Source: a virus (taxonomy: Duplodnaviria > Caudoviricetes). From it: 38,490 nucleotides of DNA. Shown in pieces: positions 32,831-38,490 of the stretch. The stretch lies in IMG/VR virus record IMGVR_UViG_3300006105_000046, positions 1 to 38,490 of that record, one strand, 5' to 3'. Numbering within the stretch: the first letter of the stretch is position 1; each line of letters starts with the position of its first letter. The position numbers and the translations under genes are program-made. A model generated the notes under the pieces. The model was not told where the DNA came from. It saw nothing but the letters and a program-made list of their open reading frames with translations, and made no database searches.

Positions 32831-34510
32831 ATGATTAAAAAAGCTAGCAGACTTAATACGTTAAACAGAAATAAGTACAGAAACGCGGACGCTGGAAACG
32901 TTACTATTCCGGATGTTCCAGACAGACCTACAAACGTAGTTGCTGTAGACGTAGGAACTAACCGCCCATTTAATAATGGAGCGGCTACAGTGTCATTTAC
33001 CCCAGCAGCAACTGGCGGAGCTGCAACCACATTTACTGTTACCTCTAACCCAGGTTCATACACAGGAACGGGTTCATCCAGCCCCGTAACTGTTACGGGG
33101 TTGCAATCAGGAACTGCGTACACCTATACAGTAGTTGCCTCTAATTCTACTGGTTCGTCCACATCATCAATAGCAAGTCAAGCTACTACGGCTACAACAG
33201 TACCATCAACACCAACTATTGGCGTAGCATCTTTTAATTCTGGACAGCCTTACGCGTCTACGGCAACAGTATTAGTTTCTTATACAGTCTCCTCAAGTTC
33301 TGGTGGGAAAACTATCACTAGTTACAAAGCAACTTCTTCTTCTAGTGCAGCGGGGTCTGGAACGGCAAACCCGCTTTCTGTATCCGATGTAACTGGGTCT
33401 TCTCAAACTTATACGGTTACCGCTACAAACGTTAACGGCTCTTCAGTGGCCTCTAGCGCATCTAACGCAATCATTCCAGCCACTGTGCCGCAGGCGCCAA
33501 CAATAGGCACGGTAACGTCTCCGGACGCTACTCATATTTCTGTGCCGTATACACCGGGCAATACGGGAGGTAATTCCATCACTGGTTATGCTATTACCCC
33601 AACACCCGCTATATCTCTAACGTTAACCTCTGCGGCAACGGCTAATCCTCTAACTTACTCAGCCTCTTTTGCGGCAAATCAGGGTTATACCTTTACGCTT
33701 GCGGCAGTAAACGCTCAGGGAACGTCTATTGCATCAACGGGGTCTAACTCAGTGACTCCTTATGTAGTCGTTACTCCGCCCCCACCTCCACCAGCACCAC
33801 CATCACCACCTGGGCCAACTTATTACAATCTTGCTTACCTAGCCGGTCAAGGCGGAGCTATAACAGGAGCAACTTCTCAAACGGTGGTGGTTGGGGGTAG
33901 CGGAACTGCGGTCACGGCAACTGCTTCTTCTGGGTATACGTTCTATAACTGGAGTGACGGCTCTACGGCTAACCCTAGAACCGATACTAACGTGCAGTCT
34001 AATATCATCGTTACTGCCAACTTCTCTCAAAATCCTATACCTGTTATTAGCAGTCTAACTACAAGCGCAACTTCCTCAAGCATAACCGCTAACTGGTCAA
34101 GCTCAACCGGATACTCTTCTTGGTCTATTGGTTCTACCAGTAGCTTGCCACTAGCCACGGGCAATGGAAGCCCAAACACCTATACGTGGACAGGTTTGGC
34201 CTCAAATTTCAGTTATACGGGAACACTTCGCCTATATAACGGGCTTAACCAAACTGGTCAATACGCGGCTCAGTCATTCCAACAAACTACTGCGAATGTT
34301 ACACCTCCACCTCCTCCTCCACCACCTACGCCAACACCTACGCCAACACCTACGCCAACACCTCCTCCTCCACCACCTCCACCACCTCCACCACCTCCAC
34401 CACCTCCACCACCTCCACCACCTCCACCACCATGCCCAGACAACTACTCATGTGGCAATGACCCATGTCATTACTGTATCTACAGTGGCGGTAGATGCGT
34501 AGGGTGCTAA
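32831..34510 (+). CDS. FN3-repeat fibre protein with an InlB-B-like repeat, poly-proline stalk and Cys-rich tip
   Basis: Three or more FN3-like units (VP..PT...YTYTVVA.N..G.S..S); VTATASSGYTFYNWSDG....PR; P8-(TP)n-P24; terminal CPDNYSCGNDPCHYCIYSGGRCVGC. Confidence 0.85.
   Translation: MIKKASRLNTLNRNKYRNADAGNVTIPDVPDRPTNVVAVDVGTNRPFNNGAATVSFTPAATGGAATTFTVTSNPGSYTGTGSSSPVTVTGLQSGTAYTYTVVASNSTGSSTSSIASQATTATTVPSTPTIGVASFNSGQPYASTATVLVSYTVSSSSGGKTITSYKATSSSSAAGSGTANPLSVSDVTGSSQTYTVTATNVNGSSVASSASNAIIPATVPQAPTIGTVTSPDATHISVPYTPGNTGGNSITGYAITPTPAISLTLTSAATANPLTYSASFAANQGYTFTLAAVNAQGTSIASTGSNSVTPYVVVTPPPPPPAPPSPPGPTYYNLAYLAGQGGAITGATSQTVVVGGSGTAVTATASSGYTFYNWSDGSTANPRTDTNVQSNIIVTANFSQNPIPVISSLTTSATSSSITANWSSSTGYSSWSIGSTSSLPLATGNGSPNTYTWTGLASNFSYTGTLRLYNGLNQTGQYAAQSFQQTTANVTPPPPPPPPTPTPTPTPTPTPPPPPPPPPPPPPPPPPPPPPPPPCPDNYSCGNDPCHYCIYSGGRCVGC
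34304..34432 (+). repeat. Coding minisatellites for the Pro/Thr and poly-Pro stalk
   Basis: (CCTACGCCAACA)x3 at 34325-34360 and about six CCACCACCT units within 34370-34423. Confidence 0.9.
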
Positions 34511-34520
34511 ACTATCAAGC

Positions 34521-34715
34521 ATGACTATACGAAAAATTGTCTTGCTCAACAATGAAAACGTGGTTGTACTTCCGATCACGTTTAACGACGAAAATTTATT
34601 AGAGCAAGGCTACTTAGCGGGGTACCTCTCAAACCCAAAATTTGTAGAGGTGCCCGCCGACTCTCCTGCCGATATAGGTTGGTCGTTTATTAATGGAGAG
34701 GCAATTAAGATATAA
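34521..34715 (+). CDS. Small protein, fibre-assembly-chaperone-like (IGW motif)
   Basis: LSNPKFVEVP.DSPADIGWSF.NG; similar to 34956..35153. Confidence 0.65.
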   Translation: MTIRKIVLLNNENVVVLPITFNDENLLEQGYLAGYLSNPKFVEVPADSPADIGWSFINGEAIKI

Positions 34716-34717
34716 TA

Positions 34718-34954
34718 ATGAAAGAAAAAAGTGCTTGGCAAATATACAAAGAAAGCCTGGGAGAGACTAGACCTTGGGACTTTTTAAATCCAACTACGGA
34801 GTACGCTTCTAAAGAAAAAGAAGATTCTAGGTATAATATATGCTTAGACTGCCCGCAGTTAGTGCCGGTAACTAAACAGTGCAAACTGTGCGGCTGTCTT
34901 ATGGCCCTTAAAACTAAACTAGAAAAAGCAACTTGTCCGTTAGGTAAGTGGTGA
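34718..34954 (+). CDS. Cys-rich protein (DUF6171-like)
   Basis: R..ICLDC.......QCKLCGCLM.LKTKL..ATCPLGKW. Confidence 0.8.
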   Translation: MKEKSAWQIYKESLGETRPWDFLNPTTEYASKEKEDSRYNICLDCPQLVPVTKQCKLCGCLMALKTKLEKATCPLGKW

Positions 34955-34955
34955 G

Positions 34956-35153
34956 ATGTCTTACAAAAAATACCTGTTAGTGGTTGACGAAGATGTTGTT
35001 GGGTCGCTTACCATACCTGGCGTTGAGAAGTTTAAACTTATACAAGAAGCTATTGTATCTGGCATAACTATCATGGAAGTTCCAGTAGACACAGAAGTAG
35101 CTATTGGATGGCAATATGACGGCACAACTTTCTATAGTAAAGAGGATAAGTAA
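34956..35153 (+). CDS. Small protein, fibre-assembly-chaperone-like (IGWQYDGTTF)
   Basis: C-terminal EVP.D..V.IGW.YDG..F. Confidence 0.65.
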   Translation: MSYKKYLLVVDEDVVGSLTIPGVEKFKLIQEAIVSGITIMEVPVDTEVAIGWQYDGTTFYSKEDK

Positions 35154-35720
35154 ATGTTTAAAGGTAAACTTGTCGATAACTTTTTGTCCGAGTCGGAGTG
35201 CGCGTTTGTTATTGATACCGTGAATACTAAAGAAGTATGGGAAAGAAATGGTAATGAACACTGGGATAACCGAGCAGTCCACATTCAAAGCATATATACC
35301 AACTTTGGAAATGACCTAGGCGATCTTTTAAAGAACAAAACGTTATTAATTAAAAAGTATATTGAAGATGAATACCAGCTTACTCAAGAAGTGTACCCGG
35401 ATATTGTATCCGTTTGCAGGTGGTTTCCTGGAAACTCACAGGCCCCACATGCTGACGATATGAAACCTGCAAATATAGCAGGATTTGAGCACAGAGTATT
35501 TGGCTCAATTATCTATTTAAATACAGAGTTCTCTGGTGGCGTCACTTATTATCCGGATTACGGAATTGAGGTTACCCCAGAGGTAGGTAAGCTAGCCATT
35601 CATCCTGGAGACTCTGAGCACATGCACGGTGTCACAGAAGTTCAAGGCGGAATTCGCTACACAATAGCTTCTTTTTGGACTTACGAACGGAGCAGAGCCC
35701 TTGGCTGGTCCGTATCTTAA
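35154..35720 (+). CDS. 2OG-Fe(II) dioxygenase, prolyl-4-hydroxylase-like
   Basis: DNFLS..EC, HAD (HxD), SIIYLN..F.GG, HGVTEV..GIRYTIASFW. Confidence 0.9.
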   Translation: MFKGKLVDNFLSESECAFVIDTVNTKEVWERNGNEHWDNRAVHIQSIYTNFGNDLGDLLKNKTLLIKKYIEDEYQLTQEVYPDIVSVCRWFPGNSQAPHADDMKPANIAGFEHRVFGSIIYLNTEFSGGVTYYPDYGIEVTPEVGKLAIHPGDSEHMHGVTEVQGGIRYTIASFWTYERSRALGWSVS

Positions 35721-36456
35721 TGATAAAGGTTATGAAGTACCTAACAACACTATTCTTATAGTTCCGCACCCAATTGGGGGAGACGGATTTTATAAAGAAG
35801 TAATCATGCCGCTTAAAGGTGAGCCCAAGAGAGATTGGTTTAGCCCACATTTCTACTACTGTATGCCGTTAAACATTGGCAACCAGTATGGCTTTGTTAT
35901 TAAATCTACTAGAGACTTTGACATTGACTGGGCAGGTGGCGAAGAAGATATCACCATTAACTTCTTAGATGACGGCACGGATATAAAGCAAATAATTAAA
36001 GGCGGGTTTCGACACGGAATATTAACCATTCAAAACCTTTTTGCAATAAAAACACCTCCAGGAATTAACATCATGACCATACAGCCGCCTAACATGTTTA
36101 TACCAGGAACTGTTGCTATGACTGGAGTGATTGAATGCGATCAAATCAGAAGAGATTTTACTTTTAATTTAAAACTTACTGTCCCAAATTACACAGTTAA
36201 AGTTCGTAAGGGGGATGCGCTAGGAGCGTTTATACCTATCCCTAGGTATTTTGTGGATAAGTTTGAGGTCAAACTTATAACAGACCTGTTTGACACCGAA
36301 CTTCACGTCAATGAGGTTGAAGAATCGATCGCTTTAGGTAAAGAACGAACTTCTTATGATCAAAAAAAACCTCACGGTTCTGGCAGAAGATACTTTAATG
36401 GAACCCATACAGATGGCAGTAAGTACCCCAACCACCAAAAACGACTGATACAATAA
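35701..36456 (+). CDS. DUF6065-like protein
   Basis: RDWF..HFYYCMPL.IGNQYGF, GILT, PPN, GVIECD....FTFN, KGD.L..FIP.PR. Confidence 0.75.
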   Translation: MAGPYLNDKGYEVPNNTILIVPHPIGGDGFYKEVIMPLKGEPKRDWFSPHFYYCMPLNIGNQYGFVIKSTRDFDIDWAGGEEDITINFLDDGTDIKQIIKGGFRHGILTIQNLFAIKTPPGINIMTIQPPNMFIPGTVAMTGVIECDQIRRDFTFNLKLTVPNYTVKVRKGDALGAFIPIPRYFVDKFEVKLITDLFDTELHVNEVEESIALGKERTSYDQKKPHGSGRRYFNGTHTDGSKYPNHQKRLIQ

Positions 36457-36479
36457 AATACTTATTTAATTAAAAAGGG

Positions 36480-36929
36480 GTGGATACGGTGACAGACGCT
36501 CATAAGAATAGGTTAAATCTCACGCTAGCAGTCTCTACCCCAGAGCATGAACCCCGTGAAAACGATCCCCACTACCACCTATTTAATAAGGCTAAATCTC
36601 GTCTAAAAAAACAAGGGCTATGGAAGTGCGTTATTGATGACGACTTATGCTCAGGGACTCCGGAGCTTCATCACTCCCACATCGAGTTTTCTCAAGTAAA
36701 CAATATGGACCTTAAAAAGGTTGAGGCGGCTTTTGGACTTCACTTTGAATCTGACGAAGACTTTCAAGTGTGGATTGAAAGCCCAGGAAACCTGGAGGTA
36801 CTTTGCACAGCTCATCACAGGACTTTATATGGCATTCATGCGATCCCGGCCCCTCTTTGGGAGACTTTTCGCTACCGCAAAACTGGCACAGAAGCCGCCG
36901 CGGAACACCTTACAAAAGACAGTAAGTAA
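36480..36929 (+). CDS. HNH-like / metal-binding protein
   Basis: C.I....C.G..ELHH.H.EF...NL.VLC.AHHR...GIH. Confidence 0.6.
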   Translation: MDTVTDAHKNRLNLTLAVSTPEHEPRENDPHYHLFNKAKSRLKKQGLWKCVIDDDLCSGTPELHHSHIEFSQVNNMDLKKVEAAFGLHFESDEDFQVWIESPGNLEVLCTAHHRTLYGIHAIPAPLWETFRYRKTGTEAAAEHLTKDSK

Positions 36930-36943
36930 GGAATAATAAGAGT

Positions 36944-37474
36944 ATGCGTGGATATACACAAGAAGGTCGTTTTGACTCTAACTTTGAGTCTTTAACTATT
37001 CGAGACGGTATCAATACCGAGCTCCGTAATCCCGTCGGTACTACGGCTCAATGGTGGTTTTTTGACTCTACAAGTACAACTACTGACCCAATATATGACG
37101 TGGGTGATGGAATAACTACCTCTGGTGGCGGCCGCAAATGGTACGGGCCATACAAGATCCCTGTGGTAAGAGCGGTGATTTCTGCGGGTAGCGCTAAAAC
37201 CTCTGAGGCGGGTTTTTACAAGGCTGATGAGCTGCACTTAACTATTAATATTGATGACCTACAGAACATAGACCCAACACTTGAAAGCCAGATTCAGGCC
37301 CTTGGCCAGCAGGATAAAAGCAGAGTTGTCTGGAAAGGTGAAGTATACAGGCCATATTTGGTACAGCAACGCGGTATTATTTCTGAACAGTATACGTTGC
37401 TGGCTATTGACTGTATTCAGGTTATGCCTGAGGAGATGGTCAATGACCCACAATTTGCTAGCTACGCCAACTAA
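36944..37474 (+). CDS. Probable head-closure/neck protein
   Basis: DPIYD, W..P..IPV, D..RVVW.G.VY.P pattern and position in the structural region. Confidence 0.6.
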   Translation: MRGYTQEGRFDSNFESLTIRDGINTELRNPVGTTAQWWFFDSTSTTTDPIYDVGDGITTSGGGRKWYGPYKIPVVRAVISAGSAKTSEAGFYKADELHLTINIDDLQNIDPTLESQIQALGQQDKSRVVWKGEVYRPYLVQQRGIISEQYTLLAIDCIQVMPEEMVNDPQFASYAN

Positions 37475-37482
37475 GGAGACCC

Positions 37483-37791
37483 ATGGCACTCACACACTCG
37501 GTTATTACGCTTAATAGCTCAACGGCTACAGCGCTTAACACAGACGCCCTCGTTAACAACTCTATTGAAAAGCGTTTTGTTTGGGATAAGGCAACAGTTT
37601 TTGTGCAAAATGTTGACCTTGTTGCAACGGTTTACCTTGGAGGTGCTGGCGTAACTTCTTCTTCATACGGACTTACGCTCTTGCCAGGAACCTCAGCTAC
37701 TATTGACTCGCTTGGACCAACAGAGACTTTGTATGCTATTTCAAGCGCCTCTTCTTCTAACGTGGCTGTGCTTTTGGTGACAACCGCATGA
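37483..37791 (+). CDS. Small beta-rich virion protein
   Basis: VQN....TVYLGG.GVTSSSYG..L.PG.....LYAIS; AAGGAG RBS. Confidence 0.75.
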   Translation: MALTHSVITLNSSTATALNTDALVNNSIEKRFVWDKATVFVQNVDLVATVYLGGAGVTSSSYGLTLLPGTSATIDSLGPTETLYAISSASSSNVAVLLVTTA

Positions 37792-38291
37792 GCGTTAAAG
37801 TAAATACCCCGGTAGTGCCGGCCGCCATTCTTTACTACGGCAACTTTGCTTTAAGCACAAGCCAGGCTAGCGGAGGAACTACAGCGGATAACCTTGTTAC
37901 TTGGGACACTACCAATATAAGCAAGGGCATGACCCTTAACACATCGGATAAAAGTAAAATTGTTTTTGCAAACCCAGGAACATACAACCTTAACTTTTTA
38001 GGTCAGTTTAACTTCACTGGCGGTACAAGTGATTATCACATCACAACTTGGTTCTCTAAAAACGGCGTTCAAGTTCCAGCCTCTGCTTTTACCTTTACCA
38101 CAGCTAGCGCGCAGGGTTCACAGGTTTTAGCCAACATTGAATCCCCTATCTCTGTGCTGCCAAATGACTACATTCAATTTCACTGGTGGTCTGGCGCATC
38201 AGGAATGTCCCTTCTTGCTACAGCGGCAGGAACAAACCCAACTCGTCCAGCGTCTCCCTCCGCTAACCTAACTATCTATAACGTTGGATAA
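37788..38291 (+). CDS. C1q/BclA-C-like jelly-roll virion protein
   Basis: I.F.NPG.YNLNF..QF....W..KNG..VP.S...NDYIQ..W...RPA.PS. Confidence 0.7.
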   Translation: MSVKVNTPVVPAAILYYGNFALSTSQASGGTTADNLVTWDTTNISKGMTLNTSDKSKIVFANPGTYNLNFLGQFNFTGGTSDYHITTWFSKNGVQVPASAFTFTTASAQGSQVLANIESPISVLPNDYIQFHWWSGASGMSLLATAAGTNPTRPASPSANLTIYNVG

Positions 38292-38422
38292 TGCCATTTA
38301 AGTCTAAACAACAAGAAAAGTGGATGTGGGCTACCCATCCTCAGATGGCGCGCCAATGGCAGAAGGAAACACCAAAAGGAAAACTACCCGAGAAGGTAAA
38401 GGATAAAAAAGATGGCAAATAA
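38291..38422 (+). CDS. 43-aa basic phage protein (MPFKSKQQEKWMWATHP...)
   Basis: Translated by hand; TAATG coupling; MPFKS..Q..WM motif seen in phage small proteins. Confidence 0.7.
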   Translation: MPFKSKQQEKWMWATHPQMARQWQKETPKGKLPEKVKDKKDGK

Positions 38423-38490
38423 AGAACAAAAAGGAAACGCCAACCAGAAGAAAGAGCCAAAGATGACTCTTAAAGAGAAGCGCGCTGCAA
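38412..38490 (+). CDS. Small Lys-rich protein, truncated by the window end (MANKEQKG...PKMTLKEKRAA)
   Basis: AAGGA RBS; open to the end of the window. Confidence 0.55.
   Translation, partial: MANKEQKGNANQKKEPKMTLKEKRAA

Noticed and set aside
34164-34502. His-rich ORF (HHLHHL...) resembling a metal-binding protein
   Set aside because: It is the +1 frame of the poly-proline codons
1-38490. Alternative genetic code, tRNA genes, integrase or IS elements
   Set aside because: Known proteins are intact and end at TAA, TAG or TGA with normal coupling; no cloverleaf, integrase or transposase was recognised by eye

Overview
A 38.5-kb piece of a tailed dsDNA phage that most likely infects an actinobacterium: it carries WhiB, a SigH/SigR-like ECF sigma factor, a PASTA domain and leaderless-type promoters. 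Positions 1-2040 are a leftward early/regulatory region of repeated modules: GGAAT-N18-GTT promoters, 11-bp-phased TCTCAG boxes and a twice-repeated double-hairpin element. Positions ~2.2-7.7 kb hold many small genes (ParB-like, two HNH-type, zinc fingers). Next come virion accessory proteins, a leftward transglycosylase-whiB pair, and a lysis cassette (permuted papain-like enzyme, CHAP endolysin, holin-like proteins). The head module follows: terminase large subunit, portal, scaffold, N4-gp56-type major capsid protein and adaptor. The last part is a fibre region with a 1949-aa Gln/Thr collagen-like fibre and an FN3/poly-proline fibre with a 6-Cys tip. Each fibre is followed by candidate modification genes: glycoside-hydrolase-fold, TPR and FkbM methyltransferase after the first; Cys-rich, prolyl-4-hydroxylase-like and DUF6065-like after the second. 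No tRNA, rRNA, CRISPR, integrase or reverse transcriptase was seen. Family names are from motif recognition, not database searches.
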